Shown here piece by piece: positions 9,089-17,769 of a stretch of DNA of 64,000 nucleotides. Source of the DNA: Phycisphaerae bacterium (lineage in GTDB: Bacteria; Planctomycetota; Phycisphaerae; UBA1845; JANYLN01); NCBI GenBank assembly GCA_041687575.1, contig JAWLBS010000001.1, forward strand, positions 2,700-66,699. Reading direction: 5' to 3'. The stretch's first letter is position 1, and each line of letters starts with the position of its first letter. The notes under the pieces are model-generated. The model was not told the origin of the DNA and ran no database searches. It worked only from the letters and a program-made list of their open reading frames with translations. The translations under genes and the position numbers were made by a program.

Positions 9089-9520
9089 ATGCAACGCGAA
9101 AAGGACAAAAAGACCAAGGTGAGCTGGATCGAAGTCGCGATGGTCACCGTTGTGCTGGCGGTGCTGGCGGCCCTGGTCACGCCGGAGCTTAGCCAGGCCG
9201 GGCGCGATCCGCGACAACTCGACTTGAGCCTCGAGGTCCAGGTCGTCCGCGGGCAGATCGAAATGTACCGCCTCCAGCACGACAAGCAGTACCCCGCGCT
9301 GGAGACCTTCGCCAGCCAGATGACCGGCGTGACCGACAGCCAGGGCCGCATCGGCGAGCCGGGCGACGCCGGCTGTCAACTCGGGCCGTACCTGCGGGAA
9401 GTCCCGATCAACCCCTACTGCGGAACCAACACCGTCGGCGACGGACCGGGCGGCACGAGCGCCTGGTATTACAACCACAAGACCGGTGAATTCCGGCCGA
9501 ACCATCTGAACCTTCACTGA
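9089..9520 (+). CDS. GspG/pseudopilin-like protein with non-canonical N-terminus
   Basis: Hydrophobic N-terminal helix VSWIEVAMVTVVLAVLAALV keeps the Glu at the pilin +5-like position but lacks the usual Gly before it. VRGQIEMYRLQHDKQYPAL resembles the GspG core helix motif. Confidence 0.55.
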   Translation: MQREKDKKTKVSWIEVAMVTVVLAVLAALVTPELSQAGRDPRQLDLSLEVQVVRGQIEMYRLQHDKQYPALETFASQMTGVTDSQGRIGEPGDAGCQLGPYLREVPINPYCGTNTVGDGPGGTSAWYYNHKTGEFRPNHLNLH

Positions 9521-9638
9521 CCCCATCGCCACCTGACGACCTCATCGGATCGAACACCTCCGTCGAAGCGTGCCATCGCTCGCATCGGGATGGCGGGGCC
9601 ATGATCGCCACGACCTTTCAAGGTCTGGAGTGGCAAAC

Positions 9639-11270
9639 GTGAGTAGCGTCGGCTGCCTGATTCAACATGAAAAACCGCGCCTGCACCAGTCGTTCCCGCT
9701 GCTGTGCTCGCACTGGCACGGGCTGGGCGTCTGGCTGAGCCTGTGGGATGCCCGCGGCCGGTGCCTCCAGCGCGATACCGAGATCGCCGGGCCGTTCCAC
9801 CTGCTGTGGGACCAGTGCCCACCGTTTCGGCAGTGGCTGGCTGATCTCAGCCGCACCGCCCCGTCGGCGTCGCAGTTCGCGGGCCTGCAGGGGTTGTGTG
9901 TGCCGGTCCGGTCCGGCCGCGACACCGCCCGGTCCATCGTCGCGGTGCTTGTCCCGCAGGACTGCCGACCCGAACCGCTGGCGGACGTCTGTCGCAAGGC
10001 GGGCATCGACGCTGCACTGATCGCGAGGCTGGCCACGGATGTCGCCTGGCACGACCCGCGGGCGGTCGCGGGCCTGCACGAGCTGCTCGCCCTGCTGATC
10101 GACCAGTTCAGCCGGGATGACGCCGACCCCGGCGCCGTGGCGACCCTGGCAGCCAACCTCTCGCAGACCTATGAAGTGCTCAACCTGATCCACCACGTCA
10201 GCGACAAGTTCGACAGCCGGCAGCGCCCCGACGAGTTCTTCGAACGGACCTTTGCCGAGGTGATCGCCGTGCTGCAGGTCGAGAGCCTCGCCGCGGTCAC
10301 GCACATCTCGCCCCGGGCCGGCGAGCCGACGGTGATCGTCGTCGGCAAGGACCAGGCCCACCGCCAGCGGATCCACACCACCGCCGAGGCCCTCTCCAGC
10401 CTGATGCTTGACCGCAAGATGCTGCTGCTGGACCAGGCGCACGTCGAGCGGTTCCTCCCGCAGGACCGGTGGCTGCGCAACATGGTCGCCGTCTGGCTGC
10501 TCCGCCAGGACGAGCCGGTCGGGGCGCTGCTGGCGATCAACAAGGCCGGCGGCAAGGATTTCGACGACATCGACCTGCAGATGCTCCAGGTCCTCGGCGA
10601 CCGCTGCAGCATCTATCTCGAAGACCTCAACATCCTGGCCGACCTGCAGGAACTGCTGATCGCCCTGCTGCGATCCCTGGTCAACAGCATCGACGCGATG
10701 GACCCGTACACCTCCGGCCACAGCGAGCGGGTCGCGCTGATCTCGCGGCGCCTGGCCGAGACCCTGCACTGCGACCCGGCGTTCTGCCAGCGGGCCTACT
10801 TCGGCGGGCTGCTGCACGACATCGGCAAGATCGCCGTGCCTTCCGGCGTGCTGCGCAAGCCCGGCAAACTGACCGACGAGGAGTTCGCCCTGATCCGCCG
10901 GCACCCGGCCAGCGGGGCGCGGCTGATCGAGCGGATCCACGCGATGCATGACATCGTCCCGGCCGTGATCGGCCACCACGAGCGGATCGACGGGGCCGGC
11001 TATCCCCACGGCATTCCCGGCGCGGAGCTCTCGCCGCTGGCGCGGATTGTCGCGGTGGCGGACTGCTTCGACGCGATGACCAGCCAGCGCTCCTACCGCC
11101 CCGCCAAGCCGATGGAGCATGTCCGCGAGGAGCTCGCGCGGATCGCCGGCCGGCAGCTCGACGCCGAGATGGTCGACGCGCTGCTGGCGATGGACCTCGA
11201 GGCCTTCCACCGGGAGCTGGGCACCTACCGCAGCGGCCTGCGCAGCGAACCCGCCGCCCCGCCCGAATGA
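9639..11270 (+). CDS. HD-GYP domain phosphodiesterase with GAF-like central region
   Basis: HDIGKIAVP ... HHERIDGAGYP (HD-GYP signature). The N-terminal ~250 aa are unassigned. Start ambiguous: GTG 9639 has GGAG 9 nt upstream, and GTG 9570 is the longest ORF. Confidence 0.8.
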   Translation: MSSVGCLIQHEKPRLHQSFPLLCSHWHGLGVWLSLWDARGRCLQRDTEIAGPFHLLWDQCPPFRQWLADLSRTAPSASQFAGLQGLCVPVRSGRDTARSIVAVLVPQDCRPEPLADVCRKAGIDAALIARLATDVAWHDPRAVAGLHELLALLIDQFSRDDADPGAVATLAANLSQTYEVLNLIHHVSDKFDSRQRPDEFFERTFAEVIAVLQVESLAAVTHISPRAGEPTVIVVGKDQAHRQRIHTTAEALSSLMLDRKMLLLDQAHVERFLPQDRWLRNMVAVWLLRQDEPVGALLAINKAGGKDFDDIDLQMLQVLGDRCSIYLEDLNILADLQELLIALLRSLVNSIDAMDPYTSGHSERVALISRRLAETLHCDPAFCQRAYFGGLLHDIGKIAVPSGVLRKPGKLTDEEFALIRRHPASGARLIERIHAMHDIVPAVIGHHERIDGAGYPHGIPGAELSPLARIVAVADCFDAMTSQRSYRPAKPMEHVREELARIAGRQLDAEMVDALLAMDLEAFHRELGTYRSGLRSEPAAPPE

Positions 11271-11405
11271 TCCGCCGCTGCGCCTGTACAAAAACAACAA
11301 CAACGTCTATCCGCGGATTTCGCAGATGATCGCGCCAGTCGCGCAGGCGAAGCCCGGTTCTGAGAAACCGTATGCGCCAATGCGCGCACGTACGGGACGG
11401 GCTGC

Positions 11406-12665
11406 CTACTCCCGGACGGTGGCGACCTGGTCGGTGCGTTCGTAGCCGGCGGCCTCGTCGGCCAGGCGGCAGTAGAGGGTTTGCTGGGCAGCGGTCATTT
11501 CGATCTTGCGGCGGGCCATGACCCGGCGGGCGACGTCGAGGCCGCGCTGCACGTCGTAGCGGTCGCGGCAGGTGTCGGTGTACCAGGCGAACGACGGCAC
11601 GAACTTGGGGATGTGGGCGGACATGAACAGGTTGGCCGAAAAGCCGACGACCGAGCCGGTGGCAAACGAGGAGTTGATCCCGCACTTGGAGTGATCGCCG
11701 ACGGTCAGTCCGACGAACATCCGGCCGGAGTCGACCTCGACGCCGTTGATCGGCACGCGGACGTTGCCGTAGGTGTTCTTCAGGTCGCTGTTGATCGCGT
11801 CGGCGGCGATGTTGATCCACTGGCCGAGGTACGAGTGGCCCAGGAATCCGTCGTGCTGCTTGTTGGAGTAGGAGTGGATGATCGAGGCCTCGATCTCGCC
11901 GCCGACCTTGCAGGTCGGGCCGATGGTGGTGTCTTCGCGGATGACGGCGTTGGGCTGGATGAGGGTGTTGTCGCCGATGCAGCAGGGGCCCTGAACGCTG
12001 GCGTGGGGGCTGATCTTGACGTTGCGGCCGATGTAGATGGGGCCGTCCTCGGCGTCGAGCACGACGCAGGGCATGATCTTGCTGCCGGTGCCGACGTGGA
12101 TGGCCTCGCGATTGAGCAGGTAGGCCCCCTGGTAGATGTGGCCTTCGATGACGCCCTTGCCGAAGCGGGTCTGCCACTGGCGGATCAGTTCGGTGCCGTT
12201 GGCGTGGACGAGGTCCCAGGGGTAGTTCATCATCTTCATGTCGGGCTGATCGAGGCTCGTGCGGGGCAGGTCCTGCAGGGCGGCCTCCAGCCGCGGCGGG
12301 TCGAGGAAGGTCCGGGCGTCGACGCCAGCCGCCCGCGCGGCGTCGAGATGAACCGCGGCGATCTGGCCGTCGACTTCGAGCACCGTGTTGATCGGCAGGT
12401 CGAAGGGCCGGCCCGCCAGCAGCCGGCCATTGATGAACAGGGTGTCGCCGGCTGGGGGGGCATTAACGGGCAGGTCGAATGCCTCGGCGGTCACGTCGGC
12501 GAGGTAGTCGCGGACGAACAGGTGCACAGTGGCCTGTGGCCAGTCCCAGCGGATTTTGTCCAGAAGGGTATCGAACCCGACGCGCAGGTCGAAGACCGGC
12601 CGCCAGTAGACCAGCGGCAGCAGGTTCACGTACCCGGCATCTTCGTAGACGACAACGATCGGCAT
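11406..12665 (-). CDS. sugar-nucleotidyltransferase-like protein with left-handed beta-helix (hexapeptide repeat) domain
   Basis: Start at MPIVVVYEDAGY (ATG 12665). Long run of hexapeptide-type repeats (IGDNTLIQPNAVIREDTTIGPTCKVGGEIEASII...). GlmU/RfbA-like architecture. Confidence 0.65.
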   Translation of the reverse strand: MPIVVVYEDAGYVNLLPLVYWRPVFDLRVGFDTLLDKIRWDWPQATVHLFVRDYLADVTAEAFDLPVNAPPAGDTLFINGRLLAGRPFDLPINTVLEVDGQIAAVHLDAARAAGVDARTFLDPPRLEAALQDLPRTSLDQPDMKMMNYPWDLVHANGTELIRQWQTRFGKGVIEGHIYQGAYLLNREAIHVGTGSKIMPCVVLDAEDGPIYIGRNVKISPHASVQGPCCIGDNTLIQPNAVIREDTTIGPTCKVGGEIEASIIHSYSNKQHDGFLGHSYLGQWINIAADAINSDLKNTYGNVRVPINGVEVDSGRMFVGLTVGDHSKCGINSSFATGSVVGFSANLFMSAHIPKFVPSFAWYTDTCRDRYDVQRGLDVARRVMARRKIEMTAAQQTLYCRLADEAAGYERTDQVATVRE

Positions 12666-12820
12666 AAGGTCCCCTCGCAAACAGGTGGTCCGGCGTATGG
12701 CGGAAAGGCTCCACCACATCCATACAACCATCGGCCGGCATCGGTCCCGGCCCAGGCAACGGCATTATGATACGTGATGTCAGGCAATGTGGCCAGAGCC
12801 GGCCGAACATGGTGTGTCGC

Positions 12821-13052
12821 AAAAAGAAACAGGGTCTCTGAGTCGGGAAGTACCGCAGGCACGGTCATTGATGTAACCCGCAAGCATCAAGGTGGGTGGC
12901 TCCCGAAGGTGCGGACCGGCAGCCGTCGGCACAAGGCCCGGCGCTACGCCCACATTCTTCAAGGCGGAGCCTCCCGCGGGTCGTGATTTAGCGGTTCATC
13001 AATGTAAGTCCGACCTGCGAGTACTTCTCGCTCAGAGACCCTTTTGTTTCCA
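12821..13052 (-). ncRNA. ssrS: 6S RNA
   Basis: Minus-strand transcript with an 11-bp closing helix GGGUCUCUGAG/CUCAGAGACCC (13041-13031 / 12842-12832) and an extended rod-like fold. It shares ordered blocks with my memory of E. coli ssrS: UCUCUGAG, AGAAUGUGG, CACCUUGA, GGGUUACA, GCCUGCGG. A promoter lies upstream and a U-rich tail (UGUUUCUUUUU) downstream. Confidence 0.7.
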
Positions 13053-13058
13053 CCGTTA

Positions 13059-13087
13059 TCTATAGCAGCTTTCGGCAGACAAGACAA
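13059..13087 (-). promoter_or_regulatory. sigma70-type promoter of the 6S RNA gene
   Basis: On the minus strand: TTGTCT (13087-13082), 17-nt spacer, TATAGA (13064-13059). This is about 10-20 nt upstream of the closing helix. Confidence 0.45.
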
Positions 13088-13364
13088 GTAAATTCAGTCG
13101 AGTTTTCGGTTAGGCCGGTGTGGCCGCAAATGGGCGATTCGTGCGAAAATTCGGCAAATGGCTTGACTTTTTGGTCGGCACTGGTCAACCGCGGGGCGGG
13201 GGCGGGCGGGGCGTAGTGGCAGTGTTATATTATCGGATAGTGACCGGGAGTGTCGCCAGCGCAGGCGGGCGACGGGGCTCGGTGCGCTGCGCGTGCCGTC
13301 GCCCTGCACAAAGTGGAGGGTCTCGACCTCCCAAGGCGCTACACCATGGGCACGCTGTCCAGTA

Positions 13365-13442
13365 GAGATTCTTCGCTGCGCTCACAATGACAGCTTCTGA
13401 CGCTTCCCCGAGGTCGTCATTCTGAGCAACGCGAAGGATCTC
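13365..13442. repeat. long inverted-repeat module (GATCCTTCGCGTTGCTCAGAATGAC family)
   Basis: Arms GAGATTCTTCGCTGCGCTCACAATGAC (13365-13391) and GTCATTCTGAGCAACGCGAAGGATCTC (13416-13442). Single arms recur at about 19555-19590, 40130-40160, 40182-40210 and 57501-57530. Confidence 0.7.
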
Positions 13443-13550
13443 TACCTCTCGGCGTGAGCTTCGCTTGCGTTTTGTGCCCTCCCCCTCGTCACCCTGAACA
13501 GGGACTCCTAGCTACACCTCGGGCACGGGCGCGACTATGATGGGTCGCTT

Positions 13551-16199
13551 ATGACTACGCCGCCGAACCGACAGACGACTTCCCTGACCGACGAGCAGCT
13601 CGATGGGCTGACGCCGGCCATGCGCCAGTACGTGCAGCAGAAGGCCCAGGTGCCCGATGCGCTGCTGCTGTTTCGCATGGGGGACTTTTATGAGACGTTC
13701 TACGAGGACGCCAAGACCATCGCCAAGGTCCTGGGCCTGACGTTGACCGCGCGGAACAAGGGGGAAAACCCGATCCCCTTGGCGGGCATCCCCTATCACG
13801 CCCTGGAGACCTACCTCGGCCGGCTCGTGCAGGCAGGGCTCAAGGTGGCCATCAGCGAGCAGATCGAGGACCCCCGCCAGGCCAAGGGGATCGTCCGGCG
13901 ACAGATCACCCGCGTGATTACCCCGGGTACGTTGACCGACGAATCGCTGCTGAAAGGCAGCGAGGACAACTGGCTGGCGGCGGTCTGTCCGGCCGGGGGT
14001 GGGCAGATCGGCCTGGCGTGGGTGGAGCTGGCATCGGGGCGGTTTCTCACGCAGGTGCTGGACGAGCAGTCGGCCATCGACGAGCTGGTGCGGTTGCGGC
14101 CGGCCGAGCTGCTGATCGGCGAGGAGGTGCTCACCGGGCGGTGCAAGTCGTTCGCCCGGCAGGTGAAGGAGTTGATCGACTGTGCGGTGACGCGGCTGGC
14201 GGAGTGGCAGTTCGAGCCGTTCCAGGCCGAGCGGCGGCTGCACGAGCAGTTTGGGGTGACCACGCTGGAGGGGTTCGGCTACGAGCGGTTCGACGCGTCG
14301 CTGCAGGCGGCCGGGGCGATCCTGGACTACCTCCAGCAGACGCAGCGGACGCAGCTGGGGCACGTCCGGTCGATCCGGCGGCGGACGAGCGGGCAGTACG
14401 TGCAGATCGACCGGGCGACGCTGCGGTCGCTGGAGATCGAGCGGCCGCTTCGCGGCGAGGGGCGGGGTGGCACGCTGCTGGCGGCGGTCGACCGGACAGT
14501 CAACCCGATGGGGCTGCGGCTGTTGCGGATGTGGCTGTGCTACCCGCTGCAGGAGGCCGAACAGATCCTCGACCGCCAGCGGGCGGTGCAGTGGCTGCTG
14601 GATCGGGCGACCGCGACCAAGCATGTGCGGCAGGTGCTGGCCGATGTCGGCGATGTCGAGCGGATCGCCGCGCGGCTGGGCATCGAGCGGGCGACCCCGC
14701 GGGACCTGGCGAACCTTTCGAGCGCGCTGAACCAGCTGCCGGACCTGCGGCGCCACCTGGCTGGGGTCGATGCGCCCCTGGTCGTCAGCCAGACCGCCAA
14801 ACTCGACGGGCTCGATCCGCTGGCGGCGCTGCTGAGGCAGGCGATCAAACCGGACGCCTCGACGATCGCCCGCGAGGGAACGATCATCGCCGACGGCTTC
14901 GACGCCGAGCTCGACCGGCTGCGGACCCTCTCGCGGGACGCGCACTCGTGGCTGGCCGAGTACCAGGCGCGGCAGATCCAGGAGACGGGCATCTCCTCGC
15001 TGCGGGTGGGCTTCAACAAGGTGTTCGGCTACTACATCGAGGTGACCAACACGCACGCGGACCGCGTGCCGGACCACTACATCCGCAAGCAGACCCTGAA
15101 GAACGCCGAGCGGTACATCACCGAGCCGCTGAAGGAATATGAGAACGAGATCCTGACCGCCCAGGAGCGGGCGAAGGACCTGGAGCTGAGCCTGTTTGCC
15201 AAGGTCCGCCAGCAGGCGCGGGAGTTCGTGCCGCCGCTGCAGGAGGCGGCCAGCGGCCTGGCGATCCTGGACGTGCTGGCGGGGCTGGCGCAGCTGGCGG
15301 GCGAGCGGCGGTACTGCCGGCCGGAGATCGTCGAGGGGATCGGCCTGGACATCCGCGAGGGGCGGCACCCGGTGCTCGATCAGACGCTGGCCGAGCAGTT
15401 CGTCCCCAACGACGCGGTCTTCGACGAGACGACGCAGCGGCTGATGATTTTGACGGGCCCGAACATGGCGGGCAAGAGCACCTACATCCGGCAGGTGGCG
15501 CTGCTGACGCTGCTGGCGCAGGTGGGGTCGTTCGTGCCGGCCGGTTCGATGCGGCTGGGGCTGGTGGACCGGATCTTTGCGCGGGTGGGGGCGTCGGACG
15601 AGATTTCGCGCGGGCAGTCGACGTTCATGGTGGAGATGGTCGAGACGGCCAACATCCTTCACAACGCGACGCGGCGGAGCCTGGTAATCCTCGATGAGAT
15701 CGGGCGGGGCACCAGCACTTTCGACGGGTTGTCGCTGGCGTGGGCGATCACCGAGTACCTCGCCAAGCGGACGGGCTGCCGGACGCTGTTTGCGACGCAC
15801 TACCACGAGCTGACGGAGCTGGCGGAGCTGCTGGAGGGGGTCCGCAACTGCAACGTGGCGGTCCGTGAGTACCGCGAGGAGGTGATCTTCCTGCACCGGA
15901 TTGTCGCGGGCGGGGCGGACAAGAGCTACGGCGTGCAGGTGGCGCGGCTGGCGGGGATCCCCGCCGAGGTGATCGCGCGGGCGGGCGAGGTGCTGGCGGA
16001 GCTGGAGCAGAACTTCGTGCGCGAAAGTCACGGGCCGAGCCTCTCGCGGGAGCGGACGCGGGACGAGGGGCAGATGCTGCTGTTCGACATGCCGCACCCG
16101 TGCGTGGAGCGGCTGCGGGGGATGGATGTGGCGAAGATGGGGGCGGACGAGGCGCTGGCGTTGTTGAAGGAGTTGCAGAGGCAGGCGAAGCGCTCCTGA
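13551..16199 (+). CDS. mutS: DNA mismatch repair protein MutS
   Basis: 882 aa. TPAMRQY, GDFYE, Walker A GPNMAGKST, DEIGRGTSTFDG, FATHYHEL. Confidence 0.95.
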   Translation: MTTPPNRQTTSLTDEQLDGLTPAMRQYVQQKAQVPDALLLFRMGDFYETFYEDAKTIAKVLGLTLTARNKGENPIPLAGIPYHALETYLGRLVQAGLKVAISEQIEDPRQAKGIVRRQITRVITPGTLTDESLLKGSEDNWLAAVCPAGGGQIGLAWVELASGRFLTQVLDEQSAIDELVRLRPAELLIGEEVLTGRCKSFARQVKELIDCAVTRLAEWQFEPFQAERRLHEQFGVTTLEGFGYERFDASLQAAGAILDYLQQTQRTQLGHVRSIRRRTSGQYVQIDRATLRSLEIERPLRGEGRGGTLLAAVDRTVNPMGLRLLRMWLCYPLQEAEQILDRQRAVQWLLDRATATKHVRQVLADVGDVERIAARLGIERATPRDLANLSSALNQLPDLRRHLAGVDAPLVVSQTAKLDGLDPLAALLRQAIKPDASTIAREGTIIADGFDAELDRLRTLSRDAHSWLAEYQARQIQETGISSLRVGFNKVFGYYIEVTNTHADRVPDHYIRKQTLKNAERYITEPLKEYENEILTAQERAKDLELSLFAKVRQQAREFVPPLQEAASGLAILDVLAGLAQLAGERRYCRPEIVEGIGLDIREGRHPVLDQTLAEQFVPNDAVFDETTQRLMILTGPNMAGKSTYIRQVALLTLLAQVGSFVPAGSMRLGLVDRIFARVGASDEISRGQSTFMVEMVETANILHNATRRSLVILDEIGRGTSTFDGLSLAWAITEYLAKRTGCRTLFATHYHELTELAELLEGVRNCNVAVREYREEVIFLHRIVAGGADKSYGVQVARLAGIPAEVIARAGEVLAELEQNFVRESHGPSLSRERTRDEGQMLLFDMPHPCVERLRGMDVAKMGADEALALLKELQRQAKRS

Positions 16200-16242
16200 A
16201 TTATCCTGCACTTGCAGTGCATTGTTGCCAACGGCACTGGTT

Positions 16243-16295
16243 GGCGGGCACCGTTCGACTCGCTTTGCTCGCTCACGGCAAGCAGCCCGCCCTAC
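16243..16295 (-). repeat. REP-type palindrome with expanded loop
   Basis: GGCGGGCACCGTTCGACTCGCTTTGCTCGCTCACGGCAAGCAGCCCGCCCTAC. Near-identical units at 40213-40265 (same orientation) and 53560-53612 (inverted). Confidence 0.75.
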
Positions 16296-16306
16296 GTGGC
16301 AGGGCG

Positions 16307-17419
16307 CTACTCGTAGTTGTCGAACTTCAGCGGCCGGGCGTTCAGGTCGAGAAGCTGCTGGATATCGGCCTTGTCGGTGCCGGCGGCGATCTCGTAGGAG
16401 AAGGTCTTCTGCTGGCCGGGCCTCAGCGTGATCAGCCAGCCGTGGCGACGGTCGATGTCGCGGCCTTCCACGCCGGCGGTCATCGGTTCGAGGGCGCCGA
16501 CGTACGCGCCGCGCGGGCCCCAGTGCTGCCAGTTGCCCAGGCGCGGGAACTCGTTGCGGTTGAACCGGATCGACAGGGCGATCTTGCGCCGGCGATTGAC
16601 CACCCCGCACAGGACCTGTCCGCTACGTGATGCGGCCGGCTCGATGTAGGCGAAGACCTCGCCGCGGCCTTTGTGGGCGGGCAAGGGGGGCGAGACCTTC
16701 CGGAACGGCCGGCCCTCGGCGAACCACTCGACGCTATCGCCGCGGGGCAGGACGGTCCCGCTGTAGCAGAACTCGCTGACTTGCGGCTCGAGCAGGGGGT
16801 ACCCGAAGTTGATGTGCAGCAGCCACGCCATCTCCACCGGCTGATCGTCCACGTTCGTGAAAATGTCTTCGATGCGGATGGCATTTTCGCCCAACCGGCT
16901 GCGGATGGTCCGCTGCAGGTCGAGGTTCGGGCCGAAAAACCGCGAGGTCCGGACGCGGCCGCGGATCTCCATGTCGCCCCGACCGGCCCGCGGGTCGGGG
17001 TTGGTTATGACCACCTCGCCAGCCGGGGTGTGCGAGTGGGTGCCGTGCAGGGGCCAGTCGCGCCCGGCGTCACGGGCGGGCGCGCCGGTGTTGAGGGGAC
17101 CGCAGCTGGTCAGCAGCCCGCCAGGAAACGCCTCCAGCCAGTCCATGTCGCGGCAATAGGCGATATCGGGGCTCTTGATGCCGTTGCCGCTGAGCCAGGT
17201 GAGCGACTGGCCGGCCAGGGTCGCGTCGACGATATCTAACCCACGGTCCAGTACGACCTTATAGCGCAGCCCGCCGCCGGTGTCGACCCAGGCGATGCGG
17301 ACGCCGCGCGCGGGCGGCTCATCGAGCACGGCGGTCTCGATTCCGCCGAGCTGCAGCGGGTTGACGATCGGGGCATTGCGAAGGTCGTGGCGGGCGGGGT
17401 TCGAGCGGCGGGCGGCCAT
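16307..17419 (-). CDS. aldose 1-epimerase-like protein (DUF4432-type)
   Basis: 370 aa with overall galactose-mutarotase-like pattern (LHGTHSHTPA, LLHINFGYPLL, LEPMT). Call is by family resemblance only. Confidence 0.6.
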   Translation of the reverse strand: MAARRSNPARHDLRNAPIVNPLQLGGIETAVLDEPPARGVRIAWVDTGGGLRYKVVLDRGLDIVDATLAGQSLTWLSGNGIKSPDIAYCRDMDWLEAFPGGLLTSCGPLNTGAPARDAGRDWPLHGTHSHTPAGEVVITNPDPRAGRGDMEIRGRVRTSRFFGPNLDLQRTIRSRLGENAIRIEDIFTNVDDQPVEMAWLLHINFGYPLLEPQVSEFCYSGTVLPRGDSVEWFAEGRPFRKVSPPLPAHKGRGEVFAYIEPAASRSGQVLCGVVNRRRKIALSIRFNRNEFPRLGNWQHWGPRGAYVGALEPMTAGVEGRDIDRRHGWLITLRPGQQKTFSYEIAAGTDKADIQQLLDLNARPLKFDNYE

Positions 17420-17769
17420 GGGCGGTTTTTCCTTTCTTGCGACCGGCTGGATCGTTATTTACGAATATGTAACACCGCAACAGCGGAAAAGATCCTATCA
17501 CATTGCAGGCTTCGGCGGAAACCTTTGCCTGTTTCGCGCATATAAATAAGATGCGGCGTCGCAGCCGGATCGGGACGGGCGGCAGTTTGCAGCCGTCCCG
17601 CTGAAATGGCAACGCCCGTGCCGCGACTGCGTTTGTGGGGGCGGATGCGGTTGCAGATGGTCTCGCCAGCCCGTGGACGTCGTCCATGGCAGCGGTGCTG
17701 CGCTCGCCGGGCTGTGATGATTGGCAGGTAGGCGCGAAACAGATATGACTGACTGACAGGAGAGCGTGT

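Noticed and set aside
12760-13550. Search of this and other long spacers for tmRNA, RNase P RNA, SRP RNA and common riboswitch cores (TPP, cobalamin, c-di-GMP, SAM).
   Set aside because: I did not find the conserved cores I know (for example GAGGAAAGTCCGGGC, GGAAGGAAGCAG, or a tRNA-like CCA end). Only the 6S-like element was supported.
13512-16610. 1032-aa ORF antisense to mutS. Similar long antisense or alternative-frame ORFs: 9618-11303, 10681-12177, 17455-19419, 27008-28264, 28427-30172, 31783-33573, 35779-37533, 61080-62822, 19858-21123, 22271-23326.
   Set aside because: Their composition is Arg/Pro/Gly/Gln-rich and low-complexity, typical of stop-free off-frames in high-GC DNA. In each case the opposite or alternative frame carries unmistakable family motifs (MutS, HD-GYP, HtrA, DnaE, sulfatase, GH78-like and others).
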